From a virus (Duplodnaviria > Caudoviricetes), in IMG/VR virus record IMGVR_UViG_3300023170_000014, positions 1 to 64,000 of that record: a stretch of DNA of 64,000 bases; one strand, written 5' to 3'. The position numbers and the translations under genes were made by a program. Below are positions 9,901-17,145 of this stretch, one piece after another. The notes below the pieces were generated by a model that worked only from the letters and a program-made list of their open reading frames with translations, ran no database searches and had not been told where the DNA came from. Within the stretch, counting starts at the first letter, position 1. The number at the start of each line of letters is the position of its first letter.

Positions 9901-12900
9901 TTTATACTGAAACTGGATACGAGTTAGACCATCAAGATCACCCCAAGTGGACTCCTTCTGATATTGTAGACTTTTATGAAAATAAACCAGAAAGAAATGA
10001 ACAAGAAGAAGAAGAGTTAAGAAGATATAAAAATCTTGACAAATGGGAACCTGAAAGTTGGTGGAAGGGTTCTAAAAGGAAGATTGTTGCAGCAGATGAG
10101 TGGGATGAAGAAGAAGAGGAAGAAGAGGAAAAAGATATTAGAGACTGGTCAGAAATTGACTGGATGATTCTTCAAGAAGTTCAAACTATAGATGGAGATT
10201 CGATTGTTACCTCTTTTCTTGAAGATTATGACTGGGAAGATATAGTTTTTGAGCAGTTAGTACCATTAGGTGTGTGGTCTGACGAGGCAATTTTTAAAAA
10301 ATATGTTAACTCCTTAGTTAATAATTCAAATCCTGAAGAAAATCTTGCAATAGAATGGGCAACAGAAGAGGCGGGACGTTGGTTTGAATATTTTGTAGAA
10401 ACAGCAATTGATTTTTATATAAATATTGAAGATCAGTTAACTACAGAAGAATATGAAGAACATTGGGCAGACATAGAAGATACTATAAGACAATATTTGT
10501 GGGATGAAGCACATGATTATACTGGAGAACTAGAAAGACGAGCAGAAATAGAAATAAACCATGTTTTAGGTGGTTATAACATTGCTGAAGCATTTTTTGA
10601 AAAATGGAAAGAGCAAAGACAGAGAGAGCAAAATGATCGTAACATTCACCCCGATCAAGAAATGATGGATCTTTATAACGTAAAGGGTGAGTTGCCCGAG
10701 CCAGAACCTGCTTCTCCAAGTCCACAAGTTGTTGATTGGATGAGGCAACAATCTAAAACTGCTTCTCAATATGAAAATTGGTCTACTCCAGAAACAGAAA
10801 TTTTAGTTGAACAAATATTATCGGACTCAAGAATATTGCGTCCTTCTATTAAGACAATGGAAAAGATTGTTCGTCAAGGTGGCTCTGTTCAAGACCTTGC
10901 TAATTGGATGATTGAAAATGTGCTTAATCCTTATAATCAAGGAATTGCTCAAAATTGGGAAAATATATCAGACGAACAAGATGTAGAAGCCCAAAAAAAT
11001 GAACTTAGAAAAACATGGAAACAGCAAGCAAGAAAACAGTTTCCGTTTAGTTTGCAAAAGCAAAAGCAATATGTTCAAGAGATGGAACAGATGCAATTTG
11101 GTTTCTTTGGAGAACCAGAGCCAGAAGATATTGAAAGATATTTACTTAAAGTAGAAAATATAAATTGGCAAGAAATTTATGACTGGGTAAAAGAAGATCT
11201 TCAATATCGTGGTAAGATCGCTTCTCATGACGACTATACTGACAGTACAAAACAAATTATAAATAAAATAATAGAAGAAGTTCCTGTTCTATTACCTCAA
11301 AGAGCCGGGTGGGAAGCCTCTAGAATTTTAAAAGCATGGATTGATAGATATAACACTGATAGATTAAATAAACATTACGATAAAGAAAAAAAAGTATGGT
11401 TGGACGATGATGGTGAGATAATTTCTCCTTTAAATACATATGAAGAAAAAATGATTCATTTTCATCAAACGGAAGAAAATCGTTTAATTAATAAAAATCA
11501 ATTAGGATTAGGAATTGAACAACTCAGAACTATGGCAGATAATGTTTTGAAAGATGAAGTTTATTGGGTTGGATCGTTTAAAACAGAACTTCAATGGCTT
11601 ATTCTGGATCGAATAGAATATTATATGTTAGAGTTAGGATATTTAGAAAAAAAGATTATATTAAAAGACATATTTGATATTACAAACACAAAAGAAAATG
11701 AATTAATTTATAATAATGCTTTTTATAAAGCGTGGGATGAGACATTTAAAGAAGAAACATCTTCAAAATTATCTAAATGGAAAATTATTTCATCTGACTG
11801 GGATGAAGAAGAGGCTCAAATAGACTTTTTGCTTAATGACCACGAAGATCAAGTAATTGAAGAGTCGGAAGACTTAAAATCTTCAAAAAATGCTTTAGTT
11901 GCTGATAATATTCGTTTTCAAGGTGTTGTTAATGGATTTCATAATGCACAAACAGCGTTAGCCAGAATTAATTATAATGAACTTAATAAATCAGACGATT
12001 ATGTTGAACCAGATAGACATTACAATCCAAACCAATTAGAATTATTTAGAGAGAGATTAAGAAATAATTTTGAACCAATAATTGTTGGAGAAGGCGTTCG
12101 TATTATAGTTAAAAATTATACTCATTTTTTTGAAAAAACAGATATTCCCAACGATGACTGGGAAAAATTCTGGGAAATACTAGAACAGAGTTATAAGGCT
12201 GGTTGGGAATATGGCATAGTTCACAACTACATAGATTTTAATAAACTTAATAATAAAGAAATAATTAATATTGCAAAGAAAACAAGTTCTCATGGGCAAA
12301 GACAAATGGCAATTGGAGATGAAGTTGCAGAAACAACCTTTGAAGGAATTCCAGATTCTATTGAAGAAGATGACAAGCCTGAAGAAAAAGTCATTAATAA
12401 TAAAAAATGGAAAATAGTTCGTCCTAAGCATAATCCACAACCAGCAGAATATGCAAGACCAAAGGGACAATGGGGTATGTATTCAAAAACCGCTATGTTT
12501 GAAAATAGTGAATTTACAGACTCTTTTGTTAGAGAAAAACTTATTCCTGCAAGAAAATCTCTCCCAGAAGTTACAAAAAAAGAAGCGATTAGAAAAGCAA
12601 AACAAATATGGGAACAATTTGAAAATCACCCATTTGGAAATGCAATTCCCGGAAGTAGTAATGAACAATTAAAATATCTTGTAGATGATATAGATCTATC
12701 TTCATCTGGGATAACTCAAGAAACTCTTAATAATCGTTTTTATGATCCAAACCAAGTTGACATTTTTAGAGAAAAAAGATTAAAACAACTTTTTGAAAAA
12801 GGAATTTCAATTGAAAAATTTTATATTTATTATCTTCTACAAATAGCAAAAGAAGCGTTGTGGAATCATCTTTTTAATAATACAATGCCTGTTTATGAAA

Positions 12901-13652
12901 TGGATCAAGCAGAAAAAGAATTGATGAATTCTTTATCAAATGATGATAAAAATAATCTTTATCTTATATTTAAAAATACTTATCACGAAGAGTTTAAAAG
13001 ATTATTTAATGGTAACAAAACTTCAGCAAATAAAAAAGACGCATGGGAAGCCGTTCTTGATGGAGAGATGGGCCACGATATCCTCACTACTGGAAGTTGG
13101 GAAGAAGTAAAAAAACAAACCCTCAAGTGGCTTAAACAACTTAAAGACGGATATATAAATAAAGAAAATCCTCATGATAATGAAAAGATTGATTCCGAAG
13201 CAAAAGAGCAAGACGGGCATGCAATGGAAGATCTAAAACTTTACGAAGAAAAGAAGCGCTGGTCATTCCACTTTGATCATGGCAAGCATCCATATGATCT
13301 TATCATTCAGCCTGTTGGATATAAAGAATCAAATAATAATTGGAGACACGGAGACTGCGACCTTTTTGCAATAAAAAAACATCAAGAAACAGGCTGGCCG
13401 ATCTATAAAATTGCTGAAGGGCCAAATGACGGGGCGTGGCACTTTTTCTTAATTAATCCCGAAACTGGAGAAGGATTAGATGGAGATGGTCTTAGACCTG
13501 TAGAAGAAATACTTCAAGAACACGATCCAGACTTTAATCCTGAATACGAAGAACTAGGAATTTACCCTGATGTTTTTGAATCTTCGCTAAAAGAAGCAAT
13601 AAATTACAGAAAAGGATATAAAGAATCTAAATTAAAAGAAATATGTGTATAG
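3942..13652 (+). CDS. giant acidic modular protein (putative virion polyprotein / polyvalent protein)
   Basis: 3236 aa open frame; ~20 modules separated by K-x-A/S linkers; repeated peptide tags; two double-CxxC modules; C-terminal Cys-His-Asp module. Confidence 0.85.
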   Translation: MDQEVYDVVERIKNEFSIDLESLVSDYVGNFNPSIREPEIWKFFKYFLNFPEKDDPEYETKFLISYREMMNFDYNAMTSDFHDLVDNWVEQNLGHFEDSFYKIYDEYSNIKHIVSSEEIKKYPSEIDNAIQDLVTKFWAIKAKKMLVDKADELFEYILTPEYVSQKLKDEYKKHHLEKDRNVHPDQEMLDIYNLNKSNKLSGHLDPIAYITNGGEYLCPSCAEKAYGLDESGRWPQQQPDGSPNPIAPWDEWYNYHEDDAPYQMLTCVDCGETVDDFLNESSVDWEDEFGGLDETEIEAKKKSYRQAQKDFYNRWTQEKHNQQRQQEIKDKWEPASWWKGSSSDTDPLIIAEKFAAAFFRISLSDFINEYYQKSFLRYHSDEAAAEETLKFLGYGNPEWFKPFDDFIKWHINNFGNKNIPKNSLLKFKKDAYEIIINKFQSIIENYRINIKKRLNNSNKNISISPEDMSSEEYDIQNNKKRQKNIQDKWEPQSWWKGSARNPDIQERIWSETYDDDDDYDRFFNIMENGQSFDYFVQEINKVIDRMNEEENDAVNLIERKDVDYQELWDQWGFEYQSEQPEPDDMGYIPSNLYDLYNPLPENMETNLGPEATDKNEARKHRKRIIDKWEPADWWKGSKRKRVIAATPELIQEMKDKFYDLEQVIVESYVQQKNKSITVNPTNLRYWEKADIISDLVTDKRLLSNDLFYLEDEVHNFADSFVKRYNIKDEQVVKEKFIEAVEEEIYGIIDRYSRDIYDAIYEDAKRVGKTIASYFMDFDPAEVKSWPIAARLDEIKNIEEGHSNLLEYANMWDFDEVYSFHNAAEVLQEASLNSGYDDWSEGLDEGFRSNISVRKMEDSLGADARHLYEPVDPSREPYLGPEETDENEAKKHRRDIADKWKVDYDRSKGDRLNWATEEDFPKKPWDFTSKTSSPLDSRDEHYVIFKNQDDYGSDICKDCAQKYMQYLKPGDYIDFEGGSYPSLFKDEYPDEDDWWKQCDECGKNINKNWEPTEKEIKKSLHPILDSINDQLANRQYDKQEWLSYFPSAIPKIQKVLNELKKWVDKYPEVQFMEDWFGNKTDIFEYFEKIIETGAKTSEEWDRRQEKANEVLHQEINEDERKKKTEEVKEKWEPEEWWKGSHTKQSNDRINNNFYDPEEYLLAEYANLAGKSLGLNPKNIAYWERAQFLGMYERLKQSLIDEAERYFYNTVPEELRTEENRWEFFEYIEQSVRNLGIEYAQIIEESVNQAGYQEGKYFAEYVMDLSENSVRYWSVKDRIDYLENLKEGKTSLIEDHIYESNAYNELRAATGYIEEGEPNPYIQDPYFLIEEFYLDVDEGFWENIDEERLRAAFSESANISELYNPVPESREPYLGPEATDENEAKKHRRNIADKWKIQTERKPGQKLEWASEDDFPKKRWESKVASDYSTQIQKEIEELAKDVAPYPIDYMDAYKDTAYSDLEFVQDSTYRDAIYVAEDSISEAIWRDIYDYLESPQSGVSPELRELYDNDTDLIYDIEDLAREHVDWEDTNRYFANQAIDEVRGDIFHFVKKIRNDLTNLTNDKIIWLEEDMLLERYLSFEMNSLDFLGFLDEALNGWDDLSDQLNKLISVYEPINNYVYNELNKYAQDLLNDSKVLSLWPTVINNIERFYDPVDSDAEAYLGPKETDENEAKKHRKKIKDKWKIQTLRGSDEPLNWATEEDFPKKPWDFTSKWKIAGGFEDLYTQYYNQLEQNENQTKQLIEKYAFDVVLEDLPSMGSGFTVEKYPDRMEVVPNQLKMERLHDSWIDFTNHQKLLESLFPDWKKSYYSFSETRIIAIEEFINNKMPDLLQKMESMYNYISQGRLSGESDDEIRAGYEKHFQTKVSAMPNQFLPRLYHTMIENLKKTATFDWESEATVFEKVKVAYEILYNWYDYIDEIKEESGYNGPAYDLDSFIQDAFIDIFTPIFESLMYIDDDEIHSQFEIMHNNVRQTAFGGPYAINNALYEVYTETGYELDHQDHPKWTPSDIVDFYENKPERNEQEEEELRRYKNLDKWEPESWWKGSKRKIVAADEWDEEEEEEEEKDIRDWSEIDWMILQEVQTIDGDSIVTSFLEDYDWEDIVFEQLVPLGVWSDEAIFKKYVNSLVNNSNPEENLAIEWATEEAGRWFEYFVETAIDFYINIEDQLTTEEYEEHWADIEDTIRQYLWDEAHDYTGELERRAEIEINHVLGGYNIAEAFFEKWKEQRQREQNDRNIHPDQEMMDLYNVKGELPEPEPASPSPQVVDWMRQQSKTASQYENWSTPETEILVEQILSDSRILRPSIKTMEKIVRQGGSVQDLANWMIENVLNPYNQGIAQNWENISDEQDVEAQKNELRKTWKQQARKQFPFSLQKQKQYVQEMEQMQFGFFGEPEPEDIERYLLKVENINWQEIYDWVKEDLQYRGKIASHDDYTDSTKQIINKIIEEVPVLLPQRAGWEASRILKAWIDRYNTDRLNKHYDKEKKVWLDDDGEIISPLNTYEEKMIHFHQTEENRLINKNQLGLGIEQLRTMADNVLKDEVYWVGSFKTELQWLILDRIEYYMLELGYLEKKIILKDIFDITNTKENELIYNNAFYKAWDETFKEETSSKLSKWKIISSDWDEEEAQIDFLLNDHEDQVIEESEDLKSSKNALVADNIRFQGVVNGFHNAQTALARINYNELNKSDDYVEPDRHYNPNQLELFRERLRNNFEPIIVGEGVRIIVKNYTHFFEKTDIPNDDWEKFWEILEQSYKAGWEYGIVHNYIDFNKLNNKEIINIAKKTSSHGQRQMAIGDEVAETTFEGIPDSIEEDDKPEEKVINNKKWKIVRPKHNPQPAEYARPKGQWGMYSKTAMFENSEFTDSFVREKLIPARKSLPEVTKKEAIRKAKQIWEQFENHPFGNAIPGSSNEQLKYLVDDIDLSSSGITQETLNNRFYDPNQVDIFREKRLKQLFEKGISIEKFYIYYLLQIAKEALWNHLFNNTMPVYEMDQAEKELMNSLSNDDKNNLYLIFKNTYHEEFKRLFNGNKTSANKKDAWEAVLDGEMGHDILTTGSWEEVKKQTLKWLKQLKDGYINKENPHDNEKIDSEAKEQDGHAMEDLKLYEEKKRWSFHFDHGKHPYDLIIQPVGYKESNNNWRHGDCDLFAIKKHQETGWPIYKIAEGPNDGAWHFFLINPETGEGLDGDGLRPVEEILQEHDPDFNPEYEELGIYPDVFESSLKEAINYRKGYKESKLKEICV
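4929..10073 (+). repeat. dispersed DKWEPxxWWKGS peptide repeat (copies 4929, 5400, 5817, 7323, 10038; sixth at 63894)
   Basis: 36 nt units conserved at protein level with synonymous variation. Confidence 0.9.
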
Positions 13653-16600
13653 CGAAGTTTTAATAATAGAATAGAAAGATTGGATAATTATGAAAGTTGA
13701 TTTTCAAAACATAGAAGAAGGACAAAATGGTAAACTATTTGCGGTCTTAGAAGAAGACCAACTTCCGGTAGGTCAATTGTTTTATAAAGTTGATAATAAT
13801 AATAAAAATCTTATTGTAGATTATATCTATATTCCTCGTAAGTATTGGCGCGAAGGTGGAATTAGAGAACAACTTATTGCTGAACTTCAGAGTATGTATC
13901 CTGCCTATTCTTTTTCTATGAAACAAAATCAAAAACAATCTTATCTTTTAAAAGAAGCGCCCGCTCGTAGTAAAGCCCAATTTAGATATATGCAAGGTAT
14001 TTGTAATGGCTCTATTGAGCCTCCAAAGGGGATGACTCGCGCTAAGGCTTGTGAATACGTTGAAGGACAAAAAAATTATAAAAGTTTGCCGGATAAAAAA
14101 TCAGCGCGCCCATCAATCCGCGACACAAAAGGTTCTGAGTTTTTAAGAGATATTATCGCTGAATACGTTGGGGGAGAAAGCGTAGCATCACTTGCAAAAA
14201 AATATAATGTTTCTACAAATGCAATTAAAAATTATTTACAAGAAAACAATATTCCTTCTAGAAGTCTTAAGGAGCATAGGCTTCATCCAAAAACAAAAAA
14301 ACAAACGCCGCCAATTCGGGAGCGTGTTCCAAACAGAAAACAAAAAAAACTTCTTGTACCCAAAAAACAAAGACCAGATACTCTTCCTAATTTTAAATTT
14401 AAAACAGATCATGATTTATTAATAGATGAACTCCCTCAAGAATTACAAGACGAAATTAATGAAAGAAAGAAATTAGAAGAAAGTGGAGAAGTCCCATTTA
14501 TTCCTCAAATGAATTGGGCAAGCCCCTATTCTGGCGACTATGTACCTTCTGCATCAGAAATACTTGGCGATAAAAAAATGAAACCTAAAGAAAAATATAG
14601 AAGTGAAAAAATTGCAAAGTCTACTCTTCATAAAAATGTTCATACAGGGAAACCATGCACTTGTGGTTTTTATAGACCAGAACAAAAACAATCTAAGTGG
14701 AAACAAGTAACCGCATCTAAACTAGATAAGATTATTAAAGACGATCCTAAAGTGCTTAGAACAGAAGAGGGGCAAAAGGTTCTTGACTGGATGAAAGGTC
14801 TTCCCGAAAAAGTTGATGACTTTCTGCCTTGGATTGTAAGAGAATATAAAAAGAAAAGATTAGAACCTTCAATGGTTGGAGAAGGCGAAGATGCTTTTGT
14901 GGAACTGATGCAAACTACTCCCATTGAAGGAACTGAATTTAGAGGATTTTTAGACGAAGCAACTCTTTCTCATTGGGCAGATTGGTATGGAAGTAATTCT
15001 CCTACTCGTCGTGGCGTTAACATCATGGAATTTTCAGTAAAAGATATTTTTGATAAAATCCAAGAATGGGACTTAGAACTTCTGTCTCAAGGAGTTTCTT
15101 TAGATGAAGAAAAGAAAAAAGACGAAAAAATTATTTATGAGTGGCCCGATGGATGGTTTATAAGGGATCTTTCACCAGAAGAGTGTGATTATGAAGGTCA
15201 AACTATGCAACACTGTGTTCGTCGTCAAGGATATGGAGACAGAATAGAACAAGGTCTAATAAAAATTGTTTCTTTAAGAAGTCCAAATAATAAACCTCAC
15301 GCTACTTTAGAAATAAATAAAGACGGCTCTATTCAACAAATTCAAGGAAAACAAAACCTTCACCCTCTTGCAAAATATAGAAAAAGAATTCGTCAATTTA
15401 TGACAGATCCCAACGGGTTTGAACGACTTTTTAATAAAAAACCGACTCTTCCCGGGGGTCGCAATATAACCGAATGGCAAGAGTTTAGAAATATGGATGG
15501 AGAGTCTAACTATGATCCAAGTATGATTGCTATTGATGAAGAAGAAGAATTTGATTCAAAATATGACGAAAATATGAGGCGACACCCTTACGCCGGTCCC
15601 GGGGGGTTTGATAGAAACTATAGACCAGAGCATTATGGAATCTATCCGCCAGAAGCAAGCCCAGATAAGCCTGTTGATATGGCAAGATTATTAACCTCTT
15701 TGCCAGAAGATATCTCTCAAGAAGATCTTCAAAAACTATTAGATTATGCAAGAAGAACGGGCCAAGTAGATCAACTTGCTAAAATAATGCAAAGTCAACA
15801 AACAAGAAATCAAGACTTATTGATAATTCCTAGTTTTGAAGATCAACGCCGTGGGGGATGGAGAGATGCTTTTGAAAAGATGACTATGACAAATCCAAAT
15901 GATCCTAATTATAAAGAAAAATGGAACGAGTGGCTATCCTCTATTTGGAGCGAAGATCCTAAACAATTGGCAAAAAATCTTGTTGAAGTTAATAAAATAA
16001 ATCAAAATTGGGGGGAATCAGGATCTGAAGATGAAAGTCGTGCAACAAGTATTCTTAAAATTATAAACAAATATAATTCAATGAATCAATTGCGTTCAAT
16101 GTTTAATCCAGAAGAAGACGAATTATTAAATTGGTCTGAGTTTGATGAAACAGACTTTTCAGATTATCGTCAAAGATTTGAACGAGGTTTACATAAGGGA
16201 GAAGGTATTTCACAATTGCCCACTAGAGTTGATGAGCAACAACTTTCACTTCTGTCTAAGTGGAGAAGGACTTCTAAATGGAAAAAGACTTCAGTTGATA
16301 ATTGGGATGATATTGAAAACGAAGAACACGAAGAACACACTCAAGAAGAGGCTAAATGGGAAGGTCAAGCCGCAGCCATGTATAATTTGTCAATAGTTCC
16401 TAATTTTATGCAATCTCAAAGCATTTCTAGTTATGGCGGCCTTTACCGCGAAGTGGGTGCTGCTAGTAAAACTCAAGATTTTTATGATAATTTTATAGAC
16501 CGCGCCTCAGAATATTTAATAGACATATTTGCAGGATCTGAAGAAAGTTGGGTTCTTGATGAGGAATACCAAGATTCTTTTTATGATGGTTTTTGGGAAG

Positions 16601-17142
16601 AAACTAATAAAAATTGGCAAAATTATATAGAAGCACTCAAATATGACATTAAAAAGAATTTACAAGATGAACCTATATATGAGGCAATAATAAAAGACTG
16701 GCCGTGGCAAGAAGAAGGAGCAATTGAAAGTTTTCAAAATACAATAGAAAAAACTAAAGAATTGGGATTAGGACATTTACTTTGGATTTTTGAACGTTAT
16801 TATTCTGAAATTTATGATAAAGCAGAATTGATGTATGCAAATGATCCTAACTTTGCATGGATAAAAGGAGAACTAGATAAACAAATTCGTGAAGTTATTA
16901 ACAACGCTGACGAAATAATTGCACAAGGGTTAGGCGCTTCAAATCCAGATTACAGTGCTGATATGTCTAAATGGTATGCTGAACCTGTTTCAAAAAGAGA
17001 AGAAGAATGGCTTGGGCCTGAAGAAACTGATCAAAATGAAGCAAGAAAGCATCGTAAAAACATTAGAGATAAGTGGAAAGTGCAGCCGGGTAAAAAACTT
17101 GAATGGGCAACTGAAGAAGATTTTCCTAAGAAAAGATGGGAA
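5727..17142 (+). repeat. dispersed ~60 aa YxP..LGPEETDENEAKKHR..IxDKWK..LxWATEEDFPKKxW repeat (6540, 8022, 8889, 16974; hybrid copy 5727)
   Basis: directly visible in the translations of the 3236 aa and 1151 aa ORFs. Confidence 0.9.
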
Positions 17143-17145
17143 TAA
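13690..17145 (+). CDS. modular (polyvalent) protein: GNAT-like, HTH and PcfJ-like domains plus shared C-terminal tag
   Basis: VGQLFY..LIVDYIYIPRKYWREGG (GNAT-like); GESVASLAKKYNVSTNAIKNYL (HTH); EGQTMQHCV..IVSLRSPNNKPHATLEI..QIQGKQN (PcfJ-like). Confidence 0.8.
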   Translation: MKVDFQNIEEGQNGKLFAVLEEDQLPVGQLFYKVDNNNKNLIVDYIYIPRKYWREGGIREQLIAELQSMYPAYSFSMKQNQKQSYLLKEAPARSKAQFRYMQGICNGSIEPPKGMTRAKACEYVEGQKNYKSLPDKKSARPSIRDTKGSEFLRDIIAEYVGGESVASLAKKYNVSTNAIKNYLQENNIPSRSLKEHRLHPKTKKQTPPIRERVPNRKQKKLLVPKKQRPDTLPNFKFKTDHDLLIDELPQELQDEINERKKLEESGEVPFIPQMNWASPYSGDYVPSASEILGDKKMKPKEKYRSEKIAKSTLHKNVHTGKPCTCGFYRPEQKQSKWKQVTASKLDKIIKDDPKVLRTEEGQKVLDWMKGLPEKVDDFLPWIVREYKKKRLEPSMVGEGEDAFVELMQTTPIEGTEFRGFLDEATLSHWADWYGSNSPTRRGVNIMEFSVKDIFDKIQEWDLELLSQGVSLDEEKKKDEKIIYEWPDGWFIRDLSPEECDYEGQTMQHCVRRQGYGDRIEQGLIKIVSLRSPNNKPHATLEINKDGSIQQIQGKQNLHPLAKYRKRIRQFMTDPNGFERLFNKKPTLPGGRNITEWQEFRNMDGESNYDPSMIAIDEEEEFDSKYDENMRRHPYAGPGGFDRNYRPEHYGIYPPEASPDKPVDMARLLTSLPEDISQEDLQKLLDYARRTGQVDQLAKIMQSQQTRNQDLLIIPSFEDQRRGGWRDAFEKMTMTNPNDPNYKEKWNEWLSSIWSEDPKQLAKNLVEVNKINQNWGESGSEDESRATSILKIINKYNSMNQLRSMFNPEEDELLNWSEFDETDFSDYRQRFERGLHKGEGISQLPTRVDEQQLSLLSKWRRTSKWKKTSVDNWDDIENEEHEEHTQEEAKWEGQAAAMYNLSIVPNFMQSQSISSYGGLYREVGAASKTQDFYDNFIDRASEYLIDIFAGSEESWVLDEEYQDSFYDGFWEETNKNWQNYIEALKYDIKKNLQDEPIYEAIIKDWPWQEEGAIESFQNTIEKTKELGLGHLLWIFERYYSEIYDKAELMYANDPNFAWIKGELDKQIREVINNADEIIAQGLGASNPDYSADMSKWYAEPVSKREEEWLGPEETDQNEARKHRKNIRDKWKVQPGKKLEWATEEDFPKKRWE

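Noticed and set aside
4929-17142. Dispersed repeats as a CRISPR array or DGR template/variable repeats
   Set aside because: In-frame, hundreds to thousands of bp apart, varying at synonymous sites rather than adenines; no cas or reverse transcriptase gene in the window
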